Counted from the first letter of the stretch, positions 49,097 to 59,598 are shown. The stretch is 64,000 bases of DNA from an uncultured Actinomycetota bacterium (GCA_963770565.1 CAVYQE010000001.1:864001-928000); one strand, 5' to 3'. Notes: generated by a model from the sequence alone, not told the origin. Made by a program: numbers and translations.

Positions 49097-49136
49097 GTTG
49101 AGGGTGGGCACCGCGGTTGCGGCGCCCACCCTCAAC
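49097..49136. terminator. Hairpin between convergent genes (probable bidirectional terminator)
   Basis: GTTGAGGGTGGGCACCGC-GGTT-GCGGCGCCCACCCTCAAC. Confidence 0.7.
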
Positions 49137-49155
49137 AACTACTTGCTGATCCCGC

Positions 49156-51246
49156 CTAGAACTTCGCGAGATCTGTGACAAACGACGGTCCTACAACGCC
49201 GAGACCGGTCAAGCTGTCGAATCCGGTGTCGGTGGAGAGGGTGACGGGCCGCGTCGCGCAGTTGCCGGTTGCGTCGCAGTACGTCTCATCGCCTTCGTAG
49301 TCCAGCACCCGCAGGCTCACGTTGTAGCCGTCAGATGCGTTAACTGTGTTGGCGTAGTCAACCCGGATGACTGACGAAGCGTTCGGGTCGGTCGGCGGCA
49401 CGATGTCCGTGATCGCACCGGGGTCCTCCGAGTACGCCTTGTACAGCGTCGGGTTGATGAAGCCTTCGGACACGCCAGCAGCCTGGTCGGTGTCAGCGAT
49501 GACTCCGGCGAGCAGCGGCGACGCCAGGCTGGTGCCGCCTTCCTTGAACTGGCCGTAGTGAACGCCGCCCGGGAAGGACTGGGTCAGCCCGATGAGCATG
49601 CCGGTCTGTGCGTCGGCGTCCATCGAGATGTCCGGGATCACCCGGAGCGGCTGTGGCCCGAAGAGGGCCTGGTTCCGGTCCGCGATTGCGGTCGGAACCA
49701 CACCGGCCTGGTAGTACGGCTGGAGGTAGGTGTAGCTGGTCCCGCCACCGCCGCCGGCCTGCCAATTGAGGCTGCCGGACGGTGTGGTCGCCGAGCCGCA
49801 GTTGGTGGTTTCGACGCCGGCGCAGAGGGTCTGCTTCGCCGTCGACCAACCAACCTCGCCGAGCCGGGTTCCACCGCTGCCGATCTCCAGTGACGTGCCA
49901 CCAACAGCCGTGACGTACGGGCTGGTCGGCGGGTAGTCCGGCACGTTCAGGCCGAAGTCGGCGAAGTTGTCGCCGTCGTCGCCTGAGGAGAACAGCACGC
50001 TGACGCCGGTCGAGTCCGCGAGCATGAACGTCTCGTCGAACGCGTTCTTGGCGTCCTGGTCCTCGAAGAGGTCACCCAGGGTGTCGCCCCAAGAGTCGCT
50101 GACCACTGACGCGCCGCTCGTGACGGCGGTTGACAGTGCGGACAGCAGGCTGGAGTCGAAGCAGTCCTGCGCACCGACGTAGAGGATGTCGGCGCCCGGT
50201 GCCATCGAGTGCGAAGACTCGACATCGAGGGACTGCTCGGCGAACCATCCGCTCGCGTCACACGCGTCCTCGTTGCCGACCGTCTCCGGCTCGACGTTGA
50301 AGAACTGCGACGACGACAGCGGGTCGCTGGGGTCGTTGGCCGCGAAGTAGGTCTGAGCGTCCGACAGCAGCGTCGGTGAGTCGTAGGCGTCGACGATGGC
50401 AAGAGCCACGCCGGAGCCGTCGATACCGTGGTTCACGTCACGCTGGATGCCGTACGCCTGACGCAGCTTGGTCGGCCGGTAGCCGCAGATGTCGTAGGCG
50501 TTGCCGGTGTACGGCGCGTACAGCGACGCCGCGTCCGTGGTGTCGGTCTGCTGACCCCAGTACGACGGCGAGCACGGCTTCGGGTTGCGGAAACCGGCCG
50601 GCGGGGCCGGCTCGGCGTCGGCCGACTTGGCGTTGGCCTTCACGTTCTTCGGCATCCGGGCGAGCGACGGGGTGTTGACGTACTGGTTGACACCTACGAC
50701 ACCCGCGACGGCACCCGAGATCGAGGTCGGGATGGACAGGGTCTTGTTGGCAAGCCGAACGGTGTGGCCGTTGACGCGGTACATGCCGAGGCCGGTCCCG
50801 AACGCCTTCTCGACCTGCTTCGCGGTGCCGGAGGCGCTGACGAACAGGTGCGTGCGCGGTACGGCGCCGACCTTGAAGCCCTGACTGCGCAGCCAGGACT
50901 GAGCGCTGCGAATCTCCGCGGTGGTAGGTCCGTAACGACGGAGCCACTGCGCGTCGGTGAGGTAGTGGTGGTAGCTCGCCGAGCCCGGGCTCGACACGTT
51001 GCGTACGAAGGCTCGTGCCCCCGCAGCGTTGCGCAGCCGCAGGGTCAGGTCAAAGCTGACCTTCGACCCGGCCGCAACCTTGCCGTGCGGCTTGCTGCGT
51101 TCTGCAGCCGGACTGATCGAGCCGCGTAGTGCGGCCCGGTGACTTGCCCCCGACGCGGATGCTGTGGGGATTCCCACCGCAACCGCACCGGCAGACATCG
51201 CGAGCCCCGCTGCTCCCAGCGCGACCCATGATCGGGCAGATCTCAT
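49156..51246 (-). CDS. Secreted S53 (sedolisin/kumamolisin) peptidase with propeptide
   Basis: Signal peptide from ATG 51246; pro-domain; EQSLD, SSGDDG, GGTSLASP. Confidence 0.9.
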   Translation of the reverse strand: MRSARSWVALGAAGLAMSAGAVAVGIPTASASGASHRAALRGSISPAAERSKPHGKVAAGSKVSFDLTLRLRNAAGARAFVRNVSSPGSASYHHYLTDAQWLRRYGPTTAEIRSAQSWLRSQGFKVGAVPRTHLFVSASGTAKQVEKAFGTGLGMYRVNGHTVRLANKTLSIPTSISGAVAGVVGVNQYVNTPSLARMPKNVKANAKSADAEPAPPAGFRNPKPCSPSYWGQQTDTTDAASLYAPYTGNAYDICGYRPTKLRQAYGIQRDVNHGIDGSGVALAIVDAYDSPTLLSDAQTYFAANDPSDPLSSSQFFNVEPETVGNEDACDASGWFAEQSLDVESSHSMAPGADILYVGAQDCFDSSLLSALSTAVTSGASVVSDSWGDTLGDLFEDQDAKNAFDETFMLADSTGVSVLFSSGDDGDNFADFGLNVPDYPPTSPYVTAVGGTSLEIGSGGTRLGEVGWSTAKQTLCAGVETTNCGSATTPSGSLNWQAGGGGGTSYTYLQPYYQAGVVPTAIADRNQALFGPQPLRVIPDISMDADAQTGMLIGLTQSFPGGVHYGQFKEGGTSLASPLLAGVIADTDQAAGVSEGFINPTLYKAYSEDPGAITDIVPPTDPNASSVIRVDYANTVNASDGYNVSLRVLDYEGDETYCDATGNCATRPVTLSTDTGFDSLTGLGVVGPSFVTDLAKF

Positions 51247-51438
51247 GGATGCCTCTCCCTCTCCGGCTCGGACATGCCGGACGTCGTCCCTACGCCCTGT
51301 TAGCGGGGACGAGGGGAACCTAGACCTCAGGACGTTCGAGGACAATCCCGCCCTTACGGAAGTGACCAACGTTACAGATTTAGACATAAGAGGTGGCCTG
51401 CTCGGGGAGTTTGTCCCGTGGGGCACTAGATTCCGGTC

Positions 51439-52806
51439 GTGCACGCCGAGGACGAAGAGGCGGTTGCGAACGCCCGAGCGCTGGCCGAGTACTGCCTGCA
51501 CCGGTTGATGATCGATGCCCCGCTCGACCGGCCGATGACGCCGGGCGAGCTCGAGGACCTGGTCGGTCAGACCATCACCGCGGAAGGCATCGGCGCGGCC
51601 GAAGCGCTGCGGCTGTGGGCCGACGTCCTCGCCAAGGCGTGCCTGTCCGTCGACCACCCGCGCTACCTGTCCTTCATCCCGAGTGCGCCCACGAAAGCGG
51701 CCGCGGGGTTCGACATGTTGGTGGGCGCGTCAAGCGTGTACGGCGGGTCGTGGCTGGAGGGCTCCGGCGCGGTCTACGCCGAGAACCAGGCACTGCGCTG
51801 GGTCGCGGATCTGGCCGGGCTCCCTCCCGAGGCCGGCGGCGTGTTCGTCCAGGGCGGGACGGTCGGGAACCTGTCCGCGCTGGTCGCGGCTCGAGACGTG
51901 GCCCGACGGGCCCGGGGCGACCGGCCGGCCAGGTGGGTGGCGTGCATCACCGCCGAGACCCACTCCTCAGTGCGGCACGCGCTCGAGGTCGTGATGGACG
52001 TCGACGTGGTCGAGGTGCCTGGTGACGAGCGCGGCCGGATGGTCGGCACCGCCCTGGCCAAGACGGTGGGAGAGATCCCGGCCGAGGTCAGGGACGGGAT
52101 CTTCGCGGTGGTGGCGACCGCCGGCACCACCAACCTCGGCATCGTCGACGACATCGCCGGCATCGCCCGGGTCGCTTGCGACAACGGCTGGTGGCTGCAT
52201 GTCGACGGCGCCTATGGCGGGGCCGCGCTGGCTGCGCCGAGCGTGCGCGCGCTCTTCAACGGGGTCGAGCAGTGCGACTCGTTCATCGTCGATCCGCACA
52301 AGTGGCTGTTCGCGCCGTTCGACTCGTGTGCGTTGCTCTACCGCGACCCGGCGCAGGCGCGCGCGGCCCACACCCAGTACGCCGGCTATCTCGATCCGAT
52401 CACCGTCGAGGGCGAGTGGAACCCGTCGGACTATGCGGTGCAGCTCACCCGCCGCGCCCGGGGCCTGCCGTTCTGGTATTCGCTGGCGACCCACGGCACG
52501 AACGCCTACCGGGACGCAATCGAACGCACGCTGGAGGTGGCGCGCGCCGGGGCCGAGCTGATCCGGTCGGCCGAACACCTGCGGCTGCTGCTGGAGCCCG
52601 AGCTCACGGTCCTGGTCTTCGAGCGGCTCGGGTGGAAGCCGGCCGACTACCGGGCGTGGAGCGCTCGGCTACTCGACGAGCAGGTGGCGTTCGTGACCCC
52701 GACCACCCATGCCGGCCAGATGTGCACCCGCTTCGCGATCGTCAACCCACAAACCACCGAGGCCGATCTCGCGCTGGTCATCGAATCGATGAAGCTCGCG
52801 TCCTAA
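51439..52806 (+). CDS. PLP-dependent group II amino acid decarboxylase
   Basis: GVFVQGGTVGN, ATAGTT, LHVDGAYGG, DPHKW. Confidence 0.88.
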   Translation: MHAEDEEAVANARALAEYCLHRLMIDAPLDRPMTPGELEDLVGQTITAEGIGAAEALRLWADVLAKACLSVDHPRYLSFIPSAPTKAAAGFDMLVGASSVYGGSWLEGSGAVYAENQALRWVADLAGLPPEAGGVFVQGGTVGNLSALVAARDVARRARGDRPARWVACITAETHSSVRHALEVVMDVDVVEVPGDERGRMVGTALAKTVGEIPAEVRDGIFAVVATAGTTNLGIVDDIAGIARVACDNGWWLHVDGAYGGAALAAPSVRALFNGVEQCDSFIVDPHKWLFAPFDSCALLYRDPAQARAAHTQYAGYLDPITVEGEWNPSDYAVQLTRRARGLPFWYSLATHGTNAYRDAIERTLEVARAGAELIRSAEHLRLLLEPELTVLVFERLGWKPADYRAWSARLLDEQVAFVTPTTHAGQMCTRFAIVNPQTTEADLALVIESMKLAS

Positions 52807-52822
52807 AGCGGCCCGCGAGCGG

Positions 52823-54208
52823 TCATTGGGCCGGCGCGTGGATCAGCTTCTTGTTGACGAACTCGTCGATGCCGAGCGGCCCGAGCTCACGCCCGACGCC
52901 GGACCGCTTGGTCCCGCCGAACGGGAGGTCGGCACCGCCGCCCTCGGGCTCGTTGATCCACACCATGCCGGTGTCCAGCCGGTCGGCCAGCTCGATCGCG
53001 GCCGGGATGTCGGTGCTGTAGATCGCGCCACCGAGCCCGTACGAGGAGGAGTTCGACAGCGCAACCGCCTCGTCGGCGCTGCTCACCCGGTAGACCACCG
53101 CGGCCGGCCCGAACAGCTCTTCGTGGTAGGCACGCATCTCCGGGGTCACATCGGTGAGCACGGTCGCCTCGACGAAGGCACCAGGCCCGTCGACCCGGCG
53201 CCCGCCGGTCCGGACCACGGCGCCCTTGCTGACCGCGTCGTCGATCTGGGCCATGAGGTTCTGCGCGGCCTGCTCAGAGGACAGCGGGCCGTAGTTGGTG
53301 TCGGGGTCGGTGGGGTCGCCGGTCTTCAGCTCCGACATCGCCTGGGTGAACTGCTCGACGAACTCGTCGTAGATGTCGTCCATCACGATCATCCGCTTTG
53401 CGGCGTTGCACGACTGTCCGGCGTTCTCCATCCGGGCCGCGACGGCGTCCTGGACGGCCTGCTTCAGGTCGTTCGTGCTGAGGAAGATGTAGGCGTCGGA
53501 GCCACCGAGCTCGAGGACCACTTTCTTGAGGTTCTGGCCGGCGATGGCTGCGACCGCAGTGCCGGCCCGCTCGCTGCCGGTCACCGAGACGCCGGCGATC
53601 CGCGGATCGCCGATCATCCGAGCCGCCTGCTCGTTGCTGACGAACACGTTGATGTAGGCGTTGTGCGGAAGGCCGGCGTCGTGGAACACCTGCTCCATCG
53701 CCAGCGCCGACTCCGGGCACTGCGGAGCGTGCTTCAGGACCACCGTGTTGCCGATCATCAGGTTCGGCGCGGCGAACCGAGCGACCTGGTAGTAGGGGAA
53801 GTTCCAGGGCATGATGCCGAGGACCGGTCCGATCGGCGACTTGCGCACCCACGCCTCGCCGGGCGTCTCGGACGGCAGCGGCTCGTCCTTCAGGAGGTCG
53901 GCCGCGTTGTTGGCGTAGTAGCGGTAGATCTCCGCGACGAAGTCGACCTCGCCGAGGGCGTCAGCGGTCGTCTTGCCCATCTCGCGGGTGATCAGGGCGG
54001 CGAGGGAGTCGCGGCGCTCCTCGTACAGGTCGGCGACCCGGTTGATGATCGCGGCTCGCTCGCTCATCGCGCTGGTGCGCCAGGAGGCGTACGCCGCGCC
54101 GGCGCGCGCGAGAGTGTCCTCGACCTGGTCGTCCGTGGCGATCGGGAACTCGCTCTCGGTCTGACCGGTCGCCGGGTTGACCACCTTGTATTCCACCGCT
54201 GGGCTCAT
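52823..54208 (-). CDS. NAD(P)-dependent succinate-semialdehyde dehydrogenase-like aldehyde dehydrogenase
   Basis: IMPWNFPYYQ, VTGSERAG, LELGGSD, NAGQSCNAAKR, EELFGP, PFGGTKRSG. Confidence 0.88.
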   Translation of the reverse strand: MSPAVEYKVVNPATGQTESEFPIATDDQVEDTLARAGAAYASWRTSAMSERAAIINRVADLYEERRDSLAALITREMGKTTADALGEVDFVAEIYRYYANNAADLLKDEPLPSETPGEAWVRKSPIGPVLGIMPWNFPYYQVARFAAPNLMIGNTVVLKHAPQCPESALAMEQVFHDAGLPHNAYINVFVSNEQAARMIGDPRIAGVSVTGSERAGTAVAAIAGQNLKKVVLELGGSDAYIFLSTNDLKQAVQDAVAARMENAGQSCNAAKRMIVMDDIYDEFVEQFTQAMSELKTGDPTDPDTNYGPLSSEQAAQNLMAQIDDAVSKGAVVRTGGRRVDGPGAFVEATVLTDVTPEMRAYHEELFGPAAVVYRVSSADEAVALSNSSSYGLGGAIYSTDIPAAIELADRLDTGMVWINEPEGGGADLPFGGTKRSGVGRELGPLGIDEFVNKKLIHAPAQ

Positions 54209-54347
54209 CGTGCAACCCCCTCCTCACAGATCGTCGTTGACCTGACCTCAGAATCTTGCCGTCGCCCAACGCTACCCACCAGGGCAAGCGGCGGTTCAGC
54301 GTGGGGCGGCCCGAACCGGGCACCGCGTTGCTCGACGGAGGACAAGC

Positions 54348-54620
54348 GTGGACACTGGACGGGTGGCTCTCGCCGACCTCTCGCCCACAGACCAGACCGA
54401 TCGTGACTTCGCCGAAGTGCCGGCCGTCGCGCCGGACGCGGTGGTCGACCCCCATTGGCTGGAGCTGCGAGGCGACTCCTTGCTGCCGAGCCTCTACATG
54501 CCGCCGACGATGGCGGGCCAGCGTTCCCCGCTCATGCGGATGGTGGCCACCGCACTGATCGGGGTGTTCATGCTCGCGACGGCGCTTGGCGTCTGCCTCA
54601 CCTACGGCCCGCCGACCTAA
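54348..54620 (+). CDS. Small hypothetical membrane protein
   Basis: RBS GGAGGA; C-terminal TM ending GVCLTYG. Confidence 0.55.
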   Translation: MDTGRVALADLSPTDQTDRDFAEVPAVAPDAVVDPHWLELRGDSLLPSLYMPPTMAGQRSPLMRMVATALIGVFMLATALGVCLTYGPPT

Positions 54621-55600
54621 CGTCCACCGGGGCGGTGGCGGACGCTGCCGCCGGGCTTGAGCGTGCCGGGCGGCAGTTCGGGAGCGGGTAGTGGGTCGTC
54701 GGCATCGGCGACCACTCCGAACTCGGTGCCGGACATCCAAAGCTCCCGCGCGGCGGCGATCTCCTCGCCCGTGCGTGCGACGAAGTTCCACCACATCACG
54801 ATCTGCTCGGCGAACGGCTCGCCGCCGAGCAACAACAGCCGGGCGTCTGCATCGCTCGACAGCCGGAGATCCCGCCGGCCGCAACCGAGGTAGAGCATCG
54901 CGCCCGGGGAGATCTCGACGCCGTCGACGGTCACCACCCCGGAGGTGGCGATCGCGGCGTACTCGAAGTCGGGTTCCAGCGGCAGCATCGGGCTGGCCGG
55001 GCCGCTCAGGGCGATGTCGGCACCGACCACCGGCGAGTACGTCGTCCTGGCCGGAGAGGTCGCACCCGCGAGCTCGCCGAGGATGACGGTCACGGTCATG
55101 CCGGACTGCGCGACGACCGGTGCGCTCGCGTGGTGTTCCCAGGCCGGGTCGGTCTGCCGGGCGCCGTCCGGCAACGCGATCCAGAGTTGGACGCCGTGCA
55201 AGAGCGCGGGGTGCGGCACCGGTGAGTGTTCGGCGTGCGCGATGCCGCGGCCGGCGGTCATCAGCCCGAGCTCGCCCGGTCGGATCACCTGGTCGCTGCC
55301 GAGGCTGTCGCGGTGGTGGACCTCGCCGGCAAGCAGCCAGCTGACTGTCTGCAGGCCGATGTGTGGGTGCGGCGGCACGGTCATGCCGGGCTGGTTCGCG
55401 ATGTCGTCGGGGCCGTAGTGGTCGATGAAGCACCACGGCCCGACAAGGCGCCGGCCGAGGTTCGGGAGGAGCCGGCGTACGACCGTGCTTTCACCGAGCG
55501 CGACCGCGCGGCCGGCGAACAGCTCATGGACCGGATCGGCCGCGACCGCTGCGCGGCCGCCGGCCACGGTGTAGTCCGGAATCCGGTCGACGTTGCTCAT
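54617..55600 (-). CDS. Pirin family protein
   Basis: GPWCFIDH, PPHPHIGLQTVSWL, HRDSLG, MTAGRGIAHAE, MWWNFV. Confidence 0.92.
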   Translation of the reverse strand: MSNVDRIPDYTVAGGRAAVAADPVHELFAGRAVALGESTVVRRLLPNLGRRLVGPWCFIDHYGPDDIANQPGMTVPPHPHIGLQTVSWLLAGEVHHRDSLGSDQVIRPGELGLMTAGRGIAHAEHSPVPHPALLHGVQLWIALPDGARQTDPAWEHHASAPVVAQSGMTVTVILGELAGATSPARTTYSPVVGADIALSGPASPMLPLEPDFEYAAIATSGVVTVDGVEISPGAMLYLGCGRRDLRLSSDADARLLLLGGEPFAEQIVMWWNFVARTGEEIAAARELWMSGTEFGVVADADDPLPAPELPPGTLKPGGSVRHRPGGR

Positions 55601-55622
55601 CTGCCCACCCCATCATGGACCG

Positions 55623-56267
55623 GTGCTCAGCCCGATCGCCCTCGAAGGGTCCGTCGTCGCCTTGGAGCCACTGGACCTGACCCACGTCGAGGGACTGGTG
55701 GCCGCGGCCGCCGAGGACCGCTCGAGCTACGCCTTCACCTGGGTGCCCGACGGCGCGGATTCCTGCCGGGGCTTCGTCGAGGCCGCGCTGTACGCGCAGT
55801 CCGACGGGCACTCGGTCCCGTTCGCGGTGCGCCGCCGGGCCGACTCGGCCATCGTCGGGTCGACCCGCTTCCTTGACCTCGAGGTGTTCGCCTGGCCGCC
55901 GGCCGGGCCGTCCGGCGCGGGCGGGCTGGTGCCCTCCGACGACAACCCGCCGACGGTGGCCGAGATCGGCAGCACCTGGTACAGCGCGTCGGCGCAGCGG
56001 ACCGCGGTCAACACCGAGTGCAAGCTGCTGATGCTCGGGCATGCCTTCGACGTCTGGGACGTCCGGCGGATGACCCTGAAGACCGACGCGCGCAATCAGC
56101 GCTCGCGGGCCGCGATCGAGCGGCTGGGCGCGCTGTTCGAAGGGGTCCGGCGGGTGCATTCGCCGGCCAGCGACGGCGGGTTTCGGGATACCGCGTACTT
56201 CTCGATCGTGGCCGACGAATGGCCGGCGGTGCGGGCCGGCCTTGCGGCCCGCCTCGCGCGGTCCTGA
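55623..56267 (+). CDS. GNAT acetyltransferase (RimJ/RimL-like)
   Basis: EIGSTW, NTECKLLMLGHAF, KTDARNQRSRAAIERLGA; start moved to GTG 55623. Confidence 0.88.
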   Translation: MLSPIALEGSVVALEPLDLTHVEGLVAAAAEDRSSYAFTWVPDGADSCRGFVEAALYAQSDGHSVPFAVRRRADSAIVGSTRFLDLEVFAWPPAGPSGAGGLVPSDDNPPTVAEIGSTWYSASAQRTAVNTECKLLMLGHAFDVWDVRRMTLKTDARNQRSRAAIERLGALFEGVRRVHSPASDGGFRDTAYFSIVADEWPAVRAGLAARLARS

Positions 56268-56280
56268 GCGGCGCCGGCTG

Positions 56281-57300
56281 CTAGCGACCGGTTCGGTACG
56301 TCGACGCCAGCTCGCGCATCCTGCGGTGCGCGTCGTTGAAGACAGCGACGGCGGGAAGGTAGGCCTTACGGACCTTTGCGACCGAGGTGTAGTTGGTGTC
56401 GACGACGTTGGCCAGCGGCGACTCCACCACCTGCGACAGCAGCTGGTAGGCATCCATCTGGTGCAGGCCGAAGTCGCTGCACGCCCAGGACACCAGGTCG
56501 GCCTGCGCGATCCGGAAGGCATCCTCGAGCGGCCTGGCCGACCCGAGGCTCATCAGATGGGTGTCGGTCTCGATCCGCGGGGTCGGGCACGACCGGCCCT
56601 TGATCAGGTCGACGGCGAGCACCGTGTCCATCGCGCACTCCGCGGCGACCCCGCAGGTCTCGCCCTCGCCCTGGCGGGCGTGGCCATCCCCGAGCGAGAA
56701 CAGCGCGCCTTCGACGTTGACGCCGAGATAGCAGGTGACGCCGACCGTCATCTCTGGCGTGTCGAGGTTGCCCCCGAAGACGTCCGGCACGAGCGACGAG
56801 CGGGCTTCGAGATTCGGTGGGGCAACGCCGACGGTGCCGTGCATGACCGTCATCGGCACGTCGACCGACCAGTCGCCGAAGCGCGACTCGAAGCGGCACA
56901 GGTCGCGCTCGCGGTCGAGCTGCCAGATCCAGACGATCTCGGGCAGCGCGGGTTGCAGGGTTGCGGTCAGGTGCGTGCTGGTCAGCGCACCGAACAGCGG
57001 CACCGTGGTCGAGGCGGCCCAGTCGCGGGCCGGTCGGATCTCGATGAAGTGGATCGCCAGGGTGTCTCCGGGCTCAGCGCCTTCGACGTAGAACGGCCCG
57101 GTCTGCGGGTTGACGAACGGGAACTCGCAGACCTCCGAGACCAGGTCGGTCTCGGTGCGGACCCGGCCCGCGAAGCAGTCCTCGGTGAAGACCTCGAGGA
57201 TGGTGCCCGGCGCGACCCGGGCGACCGGTGGCGCGCCGCCGAACGTCCAGGCGTACTCGCCGTCGGCCGGGCGGTAGGCGAGGATCCGGGGGTCGCTCAC
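56281..57300 (-). CDS. Acetamidase/formamidase family protein
   Basis: NPQTGPFYVEGAEPGDTL, GGNLD, FSLGDGHARQGEGE; RBS GAGGAG before GTG 57300. Confidence 0.88.
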   Translation of the reverse strand: MSDPRILAYRPADGEYAWTFGGAPPVARVAPGTILEVFTEDCFAGRVRTETDLVSEVCEFPFVNPQTGPFYVEGAEPGDTLAIHFIEIRPARDWAASTTVPLFGALTSTHLTATLQPALPEIVWIWQLDRERDLCRFESRFGDWSVDVPMTVMHGTVGVAPPNLEARSSLVPDVFGGNLDTPEMTVGVTCYLGVNVEGALFSLGDGHARQGEGETCGVAAECAMDTVLAVDLIKGRSCPTPRIETDTHLMSLGSARPLEDAFRIAQADLVSWACSDFGLHQMDAYQLLSQVVESPLANVVDTNYTSVAKVRKAYLPAVAVFNDAHRRMRELASTYRTGR

Positions 57301-57326
57301 GACACTCCTCAGCGGGTACGGATCGG

Positions 57327-57647
57327 TTAGGTGCCGAGCCCGCCGGCCGGGATGTAGGACCCGACGATCGTCGCGTTGGTGACGTTCGGGGGAGTCGTGA
57401 TTCGCGCGTCGATGTCCTTGCCGAACGCCTGGAACGCCTCGAGGGCCGGGAGCGGATTCGCGCCGTCCGGGGTGTCCGCGGTTGAGACGTGCACGAACGA
57501 CACGCCGTCCTCGAGCCTCATGACCTTGTATTCGACGTTGCTGGGCGCATCGGCGCGGAGCTGGTCGAAGACGCCCTGGATCAACCGGACATGCTCGTCG
57601 AGGGATTCCGGCTTGACCTGGTAAGTCACGACGACGTTGGTGATCAC
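57327..57647 (-). CDS. Small hypothetical protein, ABM-like barrel
   Basis: RBS GGGAGG; VVVTYQVKPE...LEDGVSFVH. Confidence 0.65.
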   Translation of the reverse strand: MITNVVVTYQVKPESLDEHVRLIQGVFDQLRADAPSNVEYKVMRLEDGVSFVHVSTADTPDGANPLPALEAFQAFGKDIDARITTPPNVTNATIVGSYIPAGGLGT

Positions 57648-57905
57648 CGCTCCGCCTCCCGTTTCGCTGTCCGCGCACCGTATCCCGAGGGTAGGACTGC
57701 CGGGGTGGCGATGGGAATCGGGCGGTGACGACCAGCTCGACCCGGGCGATCCGCGGCGGTCGCACCCGTTGTTCGACCCGGTGATCGAACGGCTGTTTCC
57801 CGGCGGCCTGGTCCGGCCGAGCCCGGCCTCGCCTTCTCCCCGACCGCGGCGTTGACGTCTGCGTATAGGACGATGGTGCTCGATATGTCGGGGCGAGGCG
57901 AGCTG

Positions 57906-58751
57906 ATGAATGGAATCGCCGAGCGCAGGATGGAGCCCAAGACGACCGGCCCAGATCAGCAGGCGGGTTCGGCCCTGGTCATCGAGGGCGTCTTCAAGGG
58001 CTACGGTTCGGGCCCGACCCGGACCTCAGTGATCGAGGACGTGAACCTGGTCGCCCAGCGCGGCCAGTTCGTCACGATGATCGGTCCCAGCGGGTGCGGC
58101 AAGACCACCCTGCTCAGGATCGTCGCGGGCCTGCTCGAGGTCGACCAGGGCAGCGTGTCGGTGTTCGGCGAGTCCGTTCACCGTGCGGTCGAGGCCAAGC
58201 ACATCGGCCTGGTCCCGCAGTCACCCGCGCTGCTGCCCTGGCGCACCGTGCTCGACAACGTACGGCTGCCGCTGCAGGTGAACAAGAGGCCCGACTCGGA
58301 CGGATCTCGCTCGCATGCCGACCCGGTCGCGGTGCTCGAGTCGTTCGGCCTCGGCGACGTGATCAACCGGCGTCCCGCTCAGCTCTCCGGCGGGATGCAG
58401 CAGCGAGTGGCGATCGCCCGAGCCTTCGTGTTCGACCCGCCGATCCTGTTGATGGACGAGCCGTTTGCCGCGGTCGACGAGCTCACCCGCGAGGTCCTGC
58501 GGCACGAGCTGCTCTCGATCTGGCAGGCGAACAAGAAGACGGTCCTATTCGTCACCCACTCGATCCCCGAGGCGATCACGCTCTCGGACGTGGTCGTGGT
58601 GATGTCAGCCAAACCCGGACGAGTTCAGCGCGTGATCCCGATCGGCCTGCCGCGTCCGCGCGCTGACTCGGTCGAACTGACCGAGGAGTTCCACGACCTC
58701 GAGCGTCAGATCCGACTCGAGCTGCGCGGCGGCTGGCAGGGTGCGCGATGA
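57906..58751 (+). CDS. ABC transporter ATP-binding protein (TauB/SsuB-like; start uncertain)
   Basis: GPSGCGKT, LSGGMQQR, LMDEPF, FVTH. Confidence 0.92.
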   Translation: MNGIAERRMEPKTTGPDQQAGSALVIEGVFKGYGSGPTRTSVIEDVNLVAQRGQFVTMIGPSGCGKTTLLRIVAGLLEVDQGSVSVFGESVHRAVEAKHIGLVPQSPALLPWRTVLDNVRLPLQVNKRPDSDGSRSHADPVAVLESFGLGDVINRRPAQLSGGMQQRVAIARAFVFDPPILLMDEPFAAVDELTREVLRHELLSIWQANKKTVLFVTHSIPEAITLSDVVVVMSAKPGRVQRVIPIGLPRPRADSVELTEEFHDLERQIRLELRGGWQGAR

Positions 58752-59554
58752 GCGCGCGGTCCGGGTCGGCCGAGCGCGGCGGCCCGCCGGCCTGGATCAG
58801 GCCGGCGATCTGGCTTCCGCCATCGGTCGCCCTCCTCGTACTCGGGGCGGCCTGGCAGCTTTACGCGATCCACCACCCGTTCGTCATCCCGACCGTGCCG
58901 ACGATTCTCCGCGAGCTCGCCGACCGCCCGGGCTTCTACGCGCGCAACGCCAGGACGACGCTGCAGGAGGCACTGGTCGGTGCGGCATTCGGGATGGGGA
59001 TCGCGTTCGCCCTTGCCGTCCTGATGTCGTACGTGCGGATCATCGAACGGGCCATCCTGCCGCTCGCGGTCATCCTCAACGTGACCCCGATCATCGCGGT
59101 GGCGCCGGCCCTCGTCGTGGCCTTCGGGTTCGGCCTGACGCCGAAATACATCATCACCGCGGCCCTGGTCTTCTTCCCGTTCCTCATCAACTCCCTCATC
59201 GGTCTGCGATCCACCGACCCGCTCGCGCTCGACGTCATGAACACGTTGCACGCCTCGCGGACCGAGATTCTCTGGCGGCTGCGGTTGCCGAGCAGCCTGC
59301 CGTTCCTGTGTGCGGGCGCGCGAATTTGTATTCCGCTCAGTGTCATCGGCGCGGTCGTGGCGGAGTTCGTGGCCGCTGGCCAGGCGAACGGCTTGGGCAC
59401 GCTGATCGTCACGGCCGCCTCGCTGTCCGACCTGAAGACGATCTACGCATCAGTGGTCGTGCTTGCGGTGATCGGAATTGCGTTGTTCGTTCTCGTCGTC
59501 ATCGTGCAGAGGCGCCTCCTGGCCTGGCACAGCTCGGCGACACCGATCAAGTGA
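58748..59554 (+). CDS. ABC transporter permease (TauC/SsuC-like)
   Basis: 6 TM; PIIAVAP, LRLPSSLP, GAVVAEF. Confidence 0.9.
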   Translation: MSARSGSAERGGPPAWIRPAIWLPPSVALLVLGAAWQLYAIHHPFVIPTVPTILRELADRPGFYARNARTTLQEALVGAAFGMGIAFALAVLMSYVRIIERAILPLAVILNVTPIIAVAPALVVAFGFGLTPKYIITAALVFFPFLINSLIGLRSTDPLALDVMNTLHASRTEILWRLRLPSSLPFLCAGARICIPLSVIGAVVAEFVAAGQANGLGTLIVTAASLSDLKTIYASVVVLAVIGIALFVLVVIVQRRLLAWHSSATPIK

Positions 59555-59598
59555 TGATTGTCGGCCTTGGCGAACATCGTGAAACGAGCGGAGACCGC

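Noticed and set aside
51353-51385. GTnAC-like repeats upstream of the S53 gene as GlnR/MtrA boxes
   Set aside because: Period is 9 bp rather than the 11 bp of GTnAC-N6-GTnAC
57650-57905. TPP riboswitch ahead of the NMT1-like ABC operon
   Set aside because: No GCTGAGA or CCTGAT core seen by eye; an Infernal scan would settle it
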